Origin: Bdellovibrionota bacterium FG-2
GTDB lineage: Bacteria; Bdellovibrionota; UBA1018
Direction: 5' to 3'
Length of the DNA stretch: 11,914 bases
NCBI GenBank assembly: GCA_051382305.1
Contig: JBBCAV010000017.1
Coordinates: 1-11,914, forward strand
Below are positions 1 to 7,417 of the stretch, one piece after another. Under the pieces are notes generated by a model. The model was not told where the DNA came from. It saw only the letters and a program-made list of their open reading frames with translations, and ran no database searches. Numbering within the stretch: the stretch's first letter is position 1; each line of letters opens with the position of its first letter. The position numbers were made by a program, and so were the translations under genes.

Positions 1-67
1 GTGCGGGATAGTGACGCTACCAGGTAATTCAACCAAAACTGCGCACCGCATCTAAGTAACAGATATT

Positions 68-96
68 TTGAGGCAATTCGTGTTTTATCGTACTTT
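68..96 (+). promoter_or_regulatory. Possible sigma70-type promoter for the SPFH cluster
   Basis: TTGAGG (68-73), a 17-nt spacer and TACTTT (91-96) in an AT-rich stretch just upstream of ATG 101. Pattern match only. Confidence 0.3.
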
Positions 97-125
97 TCTT
101 ATGAGCAATGACAAAACAAATTTAG

Positions 126-1136
126 TACCTTACAATTACCCCGCTGACCCAAAATCTAAGCCAAGGCCTCCTTTTTAGGAAGATCTATGAATTTGAGGAT
201 CCCTCCGGGACGCTCATCGCAGCAAAAACTCCTCAAACCGGGACGGCGGATCTCTTTGATGGCACGGCGATCATTGTTAAACCCAATCAGTGCGCCGTTC
301 TTGTATACAAAGGTCAGATTACGGATGTGCTGCCAGCGGGAACGCATTTTGCGAAGACCGAAAATATTCCGGTGATCACCCGGCTTGCCAATTGGAAGTT
401 TGGGCTAGAGAGTCCGTTGCGCGCAGAGCTTTGGTTTTTTTCGGGCAATGTTTTTACGGCACGACGTTGGGGAACGGCTCAGCCCATTGTCCTGAATCTC
501 GATGAGCTCGGGCCGACACCGCTGCGCGCGTTTGGCAATTATAATGTCGTCATCCGGGATCCTAAAAAAGTATTTCTCAATCTCATTGGCAGTCGCACCA
601 GTTTTGACATCACAGATATGGAAGATTTTATTCAGGGGAAAATCGTCGAGCTTTTTCCCCAAGCGGTGGCATCGGTCAGGACTCTTGAGGGCTTGGGCAC
701 CGCGCGGGATGCAGTTTCCAAGACCCTAGAAGCCTTGCTCACAAAAGAGCTCAGTATTTTTGGCGTGCAAGTTCAGAAGATTCAGGTGCTTTCGATCTTA
801 CCCCCGCAAGAAGTGATTCAGGCGCTAGACGCAAAAGTTGCGATGAAGGTTCTGGGTAATCAAAAAGAGTATTTAGTCTATAGAGCCGCCAATAGTTTGG
901 AAGCGATGGGCAGCGGCGATCACGGGGCCGGCAACTCAATGCAAATGATGCTGGGACTTATGCTGGGAAAAGGCCTGATGGGGGTGGATTCGCGGGAGCG
1001 AGAGAAGGAGCGAGAGAATGAAAAGGAAGGGCAGGCTGTTGCCCCGGTTTCAAAAAACCAAAGAATTTGCGGCGGCTGTCAAAACGCCTTGGGAGAGGGC
1101 CATAAGTTTTGTCCTCATTGCGGGAGGCAGACTTGA
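126..1136 (+). CDS. SPFH (band 7) domain protein, YdjI/'virion core protein'-like, with C-terminal zinc ribbon; true start uncertain
   Basis: The frame of the 327..1136 ORF is open back to 126 (TAG at 123-125). It reads ...GLLFRKIYEFEDPSGTLIAAK...TAIIVKPNQCAVLVYKGQITDVLPAGTHFAKTENIPVITRLANWKFGLESPLRAELWF...RRWGT...LRAFGNY, the typical YdjI-like SPFH N-terminus. It ends in CGGC...FCPHCG. There is no ATG/GTG/TTG in frame before GTG 327. Confidence 0.85.
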   Translation, partial: YLTITPLTQNLSQGLLFRKIYEFEDPSGTLIAAKTPQTGTADLFDGTAIIVKPNQCAVLVYKGQITDVLPAGTHFAKTENIPVITRLANWKFGLESPLRAELWFFSGNVFTARRWGTAQPIVLNLDELGPTPLRAFGNYNVVIRDPKKVFLNLIGSRTSFDITDMEDFIQGKIVELFPQAVASVRTLEGLGTARDAVSKTLEALLTKELSIFGVQVQKIQVLSILPPQEVIQALDAKVAMKVLGNQKEYLVYRAANSLEAMGSGDHGAGNSMQMMLGLMLGKGLMGVDSREREKERENEKEGQAVAPVSKNQRICGGCQNALGEGHKFCPHCGRQT

Positions 1137-1825
1137 GTTTTTCCGTCGTGTGCAAAAATTGTGGTGCGACGAGCAGCCCCTCCACGGGGGGTTGTCCTTT
1201 TTGCAAATCCGTGATGGCGCAGCCCCAAAAGAGTAAAGAGGCGCCGAGTTTGGTTGCCCTAAAGAAATTTTATGCGGAAGGAAATCTGCCCGCAGCGCTA
1301 GCGCTGAGTGTGACCCTGGCCTCAGAAAATCCGAAGGAAATGGAAAATGTGGGTTATCTCCTTTGTTATGCCCAGATCCTCTCGGAATCCGAAGGGCCTA
1401 CGAGCAAGATTAAGAGCCTGCTTGGGAAAGCACTGATGTTGGAGCCGCAGAACGCGCAGGTGAATGAATACCTTGAGCTCACTGAAGCCAAATCAATGCT
1501 GACAAAAGAAAAAGGGGATTTGGGAGAAAAGAAACTCCTGGATCTGCTTCGACGATCGCCTGACAATCCCCATGCCCTCTTTTTTCTAGGGGCCCATTTG
1601 TTTTGGACGCTGGATGAAACGCTTGCGCCGGTTCGCCATTTAGAGCGTTGCGTTCGTATTCATCCTAAGTTTCTTCGCGCGTGGGGCTGTTTGGGGACGA
1701 TCTATGAGAAGCTGGGAAACCCCACGCATTCGGTTAAAGCTTTTTCAAGCGCCTTGGCTGTTGAAACTGACCTGACGATGAGAGATTTTTTCAAGCAGAA
1801 GATTGAATCGTTATCGGCTCTTTAG
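1133..1825 (+). CDS. Zinc-ribbon (CxxC...CxxC) plus tetratricopeptide repeat protein
   Basis: TTG at 1133 overlaps the SPFH stop (TTGA) and follows GGAGG at 1123-1127. N-terminal CKNC...CPFC, then TPR-like helices (KALMLEPQNAQV, LLRRSPDNPHALFFLG, RAWGCLGTIYEKLG). Confidence 0.85.
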   Translation: MSFSVVCKNCGATSSPSTGGCPFCKSVMAQPQKSKEAPSLVALKKFYAEGNLPAALALSVTLASENPKEMENVGYLLCYAQILSESEGPTSKIKSLLGKALMLEPQNAQVNEYLELTEAKSMLTKEKGDLGEKKLLDLLRRSPDNPHALFFLGAHLFWTLDETLAPVRHLERCVRIHPKFLRAWGCLGTIYEKLGNPTHSVKAFSSALAVETDLTMRDFFKQKIESLSAL

Positions 1826-1839
1826 AAAAGGGGATCGAG

Positions 1840-2091
1840 ATGTACTGGAAATATTATTTGCCCTCATTGGTTTCAATCTCGCTAGGGCTGTTTTTTCTTT
1901 GGATTCCGAGCCTGGCCGTGGCATTGGTGGTGGGTGGATTTTTGGGGTTCGGCGTTTTCTACGCGGTCTTTATCTCAAAAATCATTCAAGCTAAAGTTGA
2001 AGCCAACTTTGGGCGCCCGCCGGGACAGGAGCCCACGTTTCGACATGTGACGGTTTCAATCGTAAAAAAGTCGAACTGGTTTCGCGAATGA
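1840..2091 (+). CDS. Small membrane protein (two predicted TM helices plus soluble tail), function unknown
   Basis: AAGGGGA ribosome-binding site before ATG 1840, 14 nt after the preceding stop. Two hydrophobic segments in the first ~47 aa. Confidence 0.75.
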   Translation: MYWKYYLPSLVSISLGLFFLWIPSLAVALVVGGFLGFGVFYAVFISKIIQAKVEANFGRPPGQEPTFRHVTVSIVKKSNWFRE

Positions 2092-2101
2092 AGGACTGCG
2101 T

Positions 2102-2299
2102 CTACCAGTTCTCATCCCGAGGTTGAGGCCCCGGTACAATTCCTTCAAGGTCGGGGTCATGGCCGCCCGCGACAGATTCATCACGATCTTTCTTCGATTC
2201 ATTTCGAAGAGATCTCTTCTCACGCTTCCCTGCCTGCGTTTCTTGTTTTGAGCGTTCGCGGTTTCGCTTGGCTTGCGTTGCTGGGCTAGGTCTTCCCAT
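2102..2299 (-). CDS. Small basic (Lys/Arg-rich) protein, 65 aa, with C-terminal DPDLxGIVPGPQP motif
   Basis: Strong AGGAGG SD (complement of 2305-2310) 5 nt before ATG. Charged helical N-terminus. The DPDxxGIxPGPQP tail resembles small hypothetical proteins I recall from other bacteria (not verified by search). Confidence 0.8.
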   Translation of the reverse strand: MGRPSPATQAKRNRERSKQETQAGKREKRSLRNESKKDRDESVAGGHDPDLEGIVPGPQPRDENW

Positions 2300-2525
2300 T
2301 GTAACCTCCTAAGGCTAAGCGCCGCTTAAGACGAAAGCAGGCCTCATTGCCCGCAGACTCAGAAGAAGCATAAGTTACGACTGACTCCGTGAGAAATACC
2401 ACGAAGGAGGCGTAATAGATATGGCAATTGCGGGACCTTGCTTCGTCATCAGCCGCTTTCTATGTAATTTCAGCGACATGAGGCGGTTCATCATGATAGC
2501 ATAAACGTAGATAGAAGGTGCAGAT

Positions 2526-3422
2526 TTGAACTCACTGTGGAATCCTCTGAATTTACCCCTCTCTGAAGCCGCTTTTCGAGGACTTTTGGCGCGCGAGCAG
2601 GGTGTTAGTGGGGGAGATCATCAGCGAACTATTGAGTTACTCTGCTGGATTGCGCGTGCCGAAGCGCTGCAGGGGCGGTTTTCTGAAGCGCGCTCGACGT
2701 TAGAAAAAGCTGAAAAATTTCTCGAAGAAAAAGGGGCGGCCTCTCTGGCCTCTCTTAAGATTCGTTGGCTCTTGGAGAGTGGGCGGCTCTATGTTTTGGA
2801 GCGAACCCCTGCGCAAGGTCGGAGTTTTCTGGCCACCGCTTGGACCTTGGCTAACGAATCGCACGAGGATTCGCTTGCGGTGGAAATTGCTCAAGTGATG
2901 GCTGCGAGTGAACCACAGAAGTCTCAGCAGGAATGGATTGTGCGGGCCATTAGCATCGCTGAAAACTCTTCTGCGGGAGACACTAAAAAGTGGCTGGGAA
3001 GTCTCTACGCGACTTTGGGTTGGAAACTATACGATCTTAGGCAATTCGAGAAATCCATTGAAACCTTCGAAAAAGCCCTTCGAAACTTCATGGCCTACGG
3101 CACTAAGCGCGAGTCCTTTGTCGCGCGCTGGTCCATTGGCAAGGTGTTGCGTGCTTTCGGAAAAACCGAAGAGGCGTTGGCGATTCAACAGGTGCTCCTG
3201 ACTGAGCTTAACATCGAAGGCCTACGCGACGGTCGGCTCTATGAGGAGTTGGCGGAGTGTCTTCAAAACCTCAAACGCACGGATGAAGCGCAGCCGTATT
3301 TCGAGCTCGCCTACAAGGAACTCTCAAGTGATAAGTGGATCATCGACAATAAGCCCCTTAAACTGAAACGGATGAAGGACTTGGGAAAAGTGAGAACGGC
3401 CCGCACCTCGGATACTTTTTGA
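2526..3422 (+). CDS. Tetratricopeptide repeat protein
   Basis: 298-aa ORF with a TTG start after GAAGG (2514-2518). Repeated TPR-like helices (IARAEALQGRFSEARSTLEKA, LGWKLYDLRQFEKSIETFEKAL, IGKVLRAFGKTEEAL, LAECLQNLKRTDEAQPYFELAY). Confidence 0.85.
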   Translation: MNSLWNPLNLPLSEAAFRGLLAREQGVSGGDHQRTIELLCWIARAEALQGRFSEARSTLEKAEKFLEEKGAASLASLKIRWLLESGRLYVLERTPAQGRSFLATAWTLANESHEDSLAVEIAQVMAASEPQKSQQEWIVRAISIAENSSAGDTKKWLGSLYATLGWKLYDLRQFEKSIETFEKALRNFMAYGTKRESFVARWSIGKVLRAFGKTEEALAIQQVLLTELNIEGLRDGRLYEELAECLQNLKRTDEAQPYFELAYKELSSDKWIIDNKPLKLKRMKDLGKVRTARTSDTF

Positions 3423-3506
3423 GTTGTTTACAAGTCGTCCTCATATAGGGCACTGTGGCTCTCGTAACTCAGTTAAACAGTTTTTCAAACGAAGGGGACT
3501 TTGATT

Positions 3507-3632
3507 ATGGGCGATAAATCACCGAAGAATACGAAGAAAAATGCTACGCAGAAGCAAGCTAAGTCTGACAAAGCAAATATCTCGAAGAATCAGGCCATTG
3601 CGGCGAAGCAAGCCGGCGGCAAAAAGAAGTAA
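3507..3632 (+). CDS. Small Lys/Ala-rich protein, 41 aa ([41 protein letters not shown]); not in the ORF track
   Basis: GAAGGGGA SD at 3491-3498, ATG 3507, TAA 3630-3632. Strongly biased basic composition. The MGDKSPK start resembles small hypothetical proteins I recall from other bacteria (not verified by search). Confidence 0.75.
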   Translation: MGDKSPKNTKKNATQKQAKSDKANISKNQAIAAKQAGGKKK

Positions 3633-3634
3633 CA

Positions 3635-4549
3635 CTGCATCCTCGAAATCGGCATCAGGGTCACTATGACTTTGAGCAACTCATAAAGAGTTGCTGTGAG
3701 CTTGCGCCTTTCGTGTCACTGAATCCGTACAATACGCTTTCGATCGATTTTGCGGATCCAGTGGCCGTTGCTCTCCTCAATAAAACGCTCCTAAAGTATT
3801 TTTATGGGGTGGCGGAGTGGGGGATTCCCCCTGAATATCTGTGTCCACCCGTTCCGGGTAGGGCGGATTATTTGCACCACCTTGCAGATTTGTTGAGCCA
3901 CTGTAACGGCGGAACTATTCCGCGCGGGGCCTCGATTCGGGCGTTGGATATTGGTGTTGGCGCCAATTGCATTTATCCCATCATCGGGCATTGCGAATAT
4001 GGCTGGAGTTTTGTCGGCGCGGACATTGATCCTGTCGCTTTGGCTTCAGCGAAGCGGATTGTGCGCTCGAACAAAGAGCGGTTGAGCTGCGCGATTGAAT
4101 TCCGCCATTAACCCTCGCCTTCGAGCGTTGTGAGCGGTCTTCTTGGGAAAGATGAAGAGTTCGACATTTCTCTTTGTAACCCTCCTTTCCACGAGTCAAT
4201 TGAGGAAGCTCAAAAAAGCAATCGACGAAAATCCAAGAACCTAGGACAAGCGCCCGTGTTGAATTTTGGGGGTCAGGGTGCAGAGCTTTGGTGTCCTGGT
4301 GGCGAGGCCGCTTTCGTGCGGCAAATGATCGAAGAGAGCGCGGAGGTCGCGGCAAGAGTCTTTTGGTTTACGACCCTGATCTCGAAAGAAGCCACCCTCT
4401 CTGCCGTTTATAGCGCGCTTAAGAAGGCGGGAGTGGTTGAGTACAAAACGATCGACATGGCGCAGGGACAGAAGAAAAGTCGCTTCGTGGCATGGACCTT
4501 TTTGAATTCTAAGCAGCAAGAACAGTGGCGGAAAAGACGTTGGGGTTGA
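3635..4549 (+). pseudogene. rlmF: 23S rRNA (adenine1618-N6)-methyltransferase RlmF, interrupted by an in-frame TAA and lacking a canonical start
   Basis: A single frame carries LHPRNRH (3635), [47 protein letters not shown] and [18 protein letters not shown] at 4109-4111 splits it into the two track ORFs (3713..4111 and 4130..4549, same frame). Confidence 0.9.
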
Positions 4550-4564
4550 AGCGGTTTTTTTTTC

Positions 4565-4591
4565 TAAACAAGACGAACAAGCTGCCGATAG
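4565..4591 (+). promoter_or_regulatory. Sigma28 (FliA)-type promoter
   Basis: TAAA (4565-4568), exactly 15 nt, then GCCGATAG (4584-4591), against the consensus TAAA-N15-GCCGATAA. Intergenic and directly upstream of an AAGGA SD and ATG 4612. Confidence 0.65.
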
Positions 4592-4611
4592 AGACAACTA
4601 AGGAACAAAAT

Positions 4612-4779
4612 ATGAAATTTCACCTCATGCTCATTTTTGCTATCGCTTCTTTATCCCTGGGCACCGGGGCAAAGAAGGCGCAAAAGGACGTAAAAGAACA
4701 CGGCAGTCCGAGCGCGAATAGCTTGACGGACGGGCCTGCCCTCAGCACAATGGCGGCATATGCAACATTCGGTGGGTAG
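4612..4779 (+). CDS. Small putative secreted peptide, 55 aa
   Basis: AAGGA SD at 4600-4604. MKFHLMLIFAIASLSLG looks like a Sec signal peptide, followed by a short hydrophilic tail. Overlaps the next gene by 20 nt. Confidence 0.5.
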   Translation: MKFHLMLIFAIASLSLGTGAKKAQKDVKEHGSPSANSLTDGPALSTMAAYATFGG

Positions 4780-5641
4780 CCTGCTGCTCTGTTCTTTTTT
4801 TTTACTTACGAACCTATCAGCGTTTGCTGATCATATCTTCGTCGAACCTACGACCGGGACTGGGGTGAGCGCGGATGATCTTTTGGCGGTCACGGATTTG
4901 ATCGGGGGTACCCTCACGGAAGACGGCAAGTATGATGTCGTAACCGACAAAGCCAAGGCGGATTTTAGCCTAAGACCCAAACTCACTCGGTTGGGCGGAG
5001 CCATTATTCTGGGTGTCTCGAAGGTGAAGGACAATAAGGTCATTTTTTCGAGTCAACTCAAAGCCTCTCAAATAGACGAGCTTGATAAAGTGGCTCATCG
5101 GGTGACTCAAGCTGTTTTGGCAGGCAATAAAGCCGCAAGTGATACGCGTGTGGGCGAGACGACGGACCAAGAAGCGAAAGAAGGGACGCAGCGCAAGCCC
5201 GTGATTCATGCCTTGTCTGTAGGGCTGGGGGGCGTGGTTTTAGGGAACTTAAATACAGGTTCGGATATTGGTTTTGGTTTGGGCGGAAGTTACGGCTGGG
5301 ATCTTAACCGCGTGCGCATTAAGTTTAATGCCGATGGGGCGTGGAACCAGAATGCCGTTTTTTTAGATGGCGGAATTGGGCTTAACTTATTTTTGCTCAC
5401 CACCGATTTTGCCCCCTATTTGAGTGGCGATTTTGGATTGGCGATGGCAAAAACGCAAAGTGCAGCGCTGCGCGATAGCGAGGTCACCGCAGGGTTCATG
5501 GGCAGCCTAGGGGCTGGCGTGGAGATTTTCAGAACCTCATCGGTGAGCTTGGACTTGGGACTTCGTTTTGGTATGTTACTCAAATCCAACGCCTATGGAA
5601 GTCCTCAGATGTTATCGGCGAGGGTAGGAGTGTATTTCTAG
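4760..5641 (+). CDS. Outer-membrane protein: signal peptide, periplasmic alpha/beta domain and C-terminal small beta-barrel
   Basis: Signal peptide ending SAFA. The C-terminal half has alternating amphipathic Gly/aromatic strands (GFGLGGSYGW, APYLSGDFGLA, SLGAGVEIF, SLDLGLRF) and a terminal beta-signal ARVGVYF. Confidence 0.8.
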   Translation: MQHSVGSLLLCSFFLLTNLSAFADHIFVEPTTGTGVSADDLLAVTDLIGGTLTEDGKYDVVTDKAKADFSLRPKLTRLGGAIILGVSKVKDNKVIFSSQLKASQIDELDKVAHRVTQAVLAGNKAASDTRVGETTDQEAKEGTQRKPVIHALSVGLGGVVLGNLNTGSDIGFGLGGSYGWDLNRVRIKFNADGAWNQNAVFLDGGIGLNLFLLTTDFAPYLSGDFGLAMAKTQSAALRDSEVTAGFMGSLGAGVEIFRTSSVSLDLGLRFGMLLKSNAYGSPQMLSARVGVYF

Positions 5642-5643
5642 TT

Positions 5644-7410
5644 ATGCGCATACTTCATTTCGCTTTTGTATTTTCGGTCCTCTTCGGTCTTTCCACTTAT
5701 GCCGCTGATAGTCCTTCGGTCCCCGATTTTGAGTTCACTATTAATGACGGTATTCTCGCGGTCCGGCCCCCTAAGGGGCATCACTTCAATGTCAATGCTC
5801 CGGCCCGGCTGAGTGTTAATTCAGCTCGAGTTTCGATTCAAATCACGCCCCAGAAACTCTCAGGTCACTTGCCTCCAAACCCCAATGCCCAGATGGCTCA
5901 CCTTGAGGTTTTCATTTGCGATGAAGCCAATACTTATTGCCGCAAGAAAAGTCAGGACATTCTGGTTCCGCCCGTGGTAAAATCTGCCCCCTCGCCACAG
6001 GCCGAGCACGGGGGAAAGAAAACATCCGCTGCTCCCGCGAAAGCCGCCGCTCCACACTTTGAAACTGAAACGGGGTTTTATGTCAACGACCCGACGACGG
6101 TGTTCGCGTTGGCCAAAAACAAAAAATTACCTCTGATGATCGACTTTTTTGGAATCTGGTGTCCTCCATGTAACCATCTGGACGTCATGGTTTTTTGGGA
6201 TAAAGAATTTAGGACGCGGAATCAGAAACGCTTTGTTCAACTCAAACTAGACGCCGATCAAGATGAATTCAGTTCACTAAAGAATCGCTACAAAATCCAG
6301 GGGCTTCCAACGGTTATATTTGCCACTTCGGAAGGAGATGAGATATTTCGCATCGTCGGGTTTCATCCCCTGGATGAAATGCTCAAGAAGGCTGATGTGG
6401 CTTACCTAAGTCGCGAAGTGGGTTTTTCGCAGCTTGAGGCCCAAGCGGCTAAAGGCGATGTTCCTGCTCGCTACAAAGCGGCCCACATTGCGCTAGATCG
6501 AGATGAGCCGGCTAAAGCCTTGGAGTGGCTAACTCCCTTGATAGAGCAGATGACCCAAGCGCATGATCCCCGTCTTGCGGACCTTTATCGGGCGCGGTTG
6601 CGAATTGCACAGAGCAAAGCACAAGACAAAAAAGATGACGGAGGTTCCCAAGAGGCTTTAGCAATTCCAAACGTACTTCAGAATTGGTTAAAAGAATTTC
6701 CTTCCTCCATTGATGCGGTAGAGAACTATCAAACTCTTGCCGATCTAAAAGAAGCGGCCCACGATGCAAAAGGGCGCGCTGCTGCGCTCACAAGCGCGCT
6801 TGCGCTTACGGATCAGTTTCTCGCATCACCCTCACTCGCTCTCAAAGACAGTGAATACACTCTCGCAGATCTCTCGGCGACCCGGGCCGATATTCTCGAA
6901 AAATTAGGGGATAAAGAACGTGTGATCGCAGCCTATCTTGTGTGTGCCAAGGCTTACGAGGCTGAGGCGCGCATGGAGGGTGTTGGTTTTGCGAAGGGGC
7001 CAAAGTTGGAGCAGGCTTATTGTCTGGGAAAAGCCGGAGAGACGCTCGAAAGTGAGGCGATTTATCGAGAGGGAATTAGGAGGTTTCCGAGAGAGTATAC
7101 TTTTTATCACGGCCTGGCTAAACTTTTTTTGGGCTCTGATTCCGCGGTAAATAGTGCATTAAAAGGTGCAAAGAAAGCTTTGCCCGAAGCAAAACGTGCG
7201 GTTCTATATGGCTACGGAAACCAGAGACTCAAGGCTACCTTGACTTTGGTCCGAGCGCTCGAGGCTTTGCATGAATTTCAGCAAGCGATCACGGCGGTCG
7301 AAGAAGCGTTAAAATCACCTCCGCCCGACGAGGCCACCTTGGGAACGATCAGTCTTCGCCAAAAATTGAAGGCCAAGGCCGCTGACTTGAAGAAAAGGTC
7401 TGAAACTTGA
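5644..7410 (+). CDS. Exported thioredoxin-family protein (WCPPC) with N-terminal DsbD-N-like domain and C-terminal TPR/helical repeats
   Basis: Signal peptide; PPKGHHFN...FICDEANTYC; MIDFFGIWCPPC...YKIQGLPTVIF thioredoxin fold; TPR-like repeats (AIYREGIRRFPREYTFYHGLAKL). Starts 2 nt after the upstream stop. Confidence 0.85.
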   Translation: MRILHFAFVFSVLFGLSTYAADSPSVPDFEFTINDGILAVRPPKGHHFNVNAPARLSVNSARVSIQITPQKLSGHLPPNPNAQMAHLEVFICDEANTYCRKKSQDILVPPVVKSAPSPQAEHGGKKTSAAPAKAAAPHFETETGFYVNDPTTVFALAKNKKLPLMIDFFGIWCPPCNHLDVMVFWDKEFRTRNQKRFVQLKLDADQDEFSSLKNRYKIQGLPTVIFATSEGDEIFRIVGFHPLDEMLKKADVAYLSREVGFSQLEAQAAKGDVPARYKAAHIALDRDEPAKALEWLTPLIEQMTQAHDPRLADLYRARLRIAQSKAQDKKDDGGSQEALAIPNVLQNWLKEFPSSIDAVENYQTLADLKEAAHDAKGRAAALTSALALTDQFLASPSLALKDSEYTLADLSATRADILEKLGDKERVIAAYLVCAKAYEAEARMEGVGFAKGPKLEQAYCLGKAGETLESEAIYREGIRRFPREYTFYHGLAKLFLGSDSAVNSALKGAKKALPEAKRAVLYGYGNQRLKATLTLVRALEALHEFQQAITAVEEALKSPPPDEATLGTISLRQKLKAKAADLKKRSET

Positions 7411-7417
7411 ATAACCT

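Noticed and set aside
995-1018. 12-nt tandem duplication GGAGCGAGAGAA x2
   Set aside because: In-frame low-complexity REREKERENE linker of the SPFH protein; not a CRISPR array or mobile-element repeat.
2421-2504. 27-aa + strand ORF (MAIAGPCFVISRFLCNFSDMRRFIMIA) after AAGGAGG
   Set aside because: SD spacing is long (10 nt), the peptide is featureless, and the AAGGAGG is explained equally well as the anti-SD of the - strand leader.
4109-4111. Stop-codon reassignment (TAA read as Gln)
   Set aside because: It is a single instance. No other long gene in the window has internal stops, and TAA plausibly terminates the 41-aa gene at 3630-3632.
4540-4563. T9 run after rlmF as a terminator
   Set aside because: No convincing GC-rich stem precedes the T tract.
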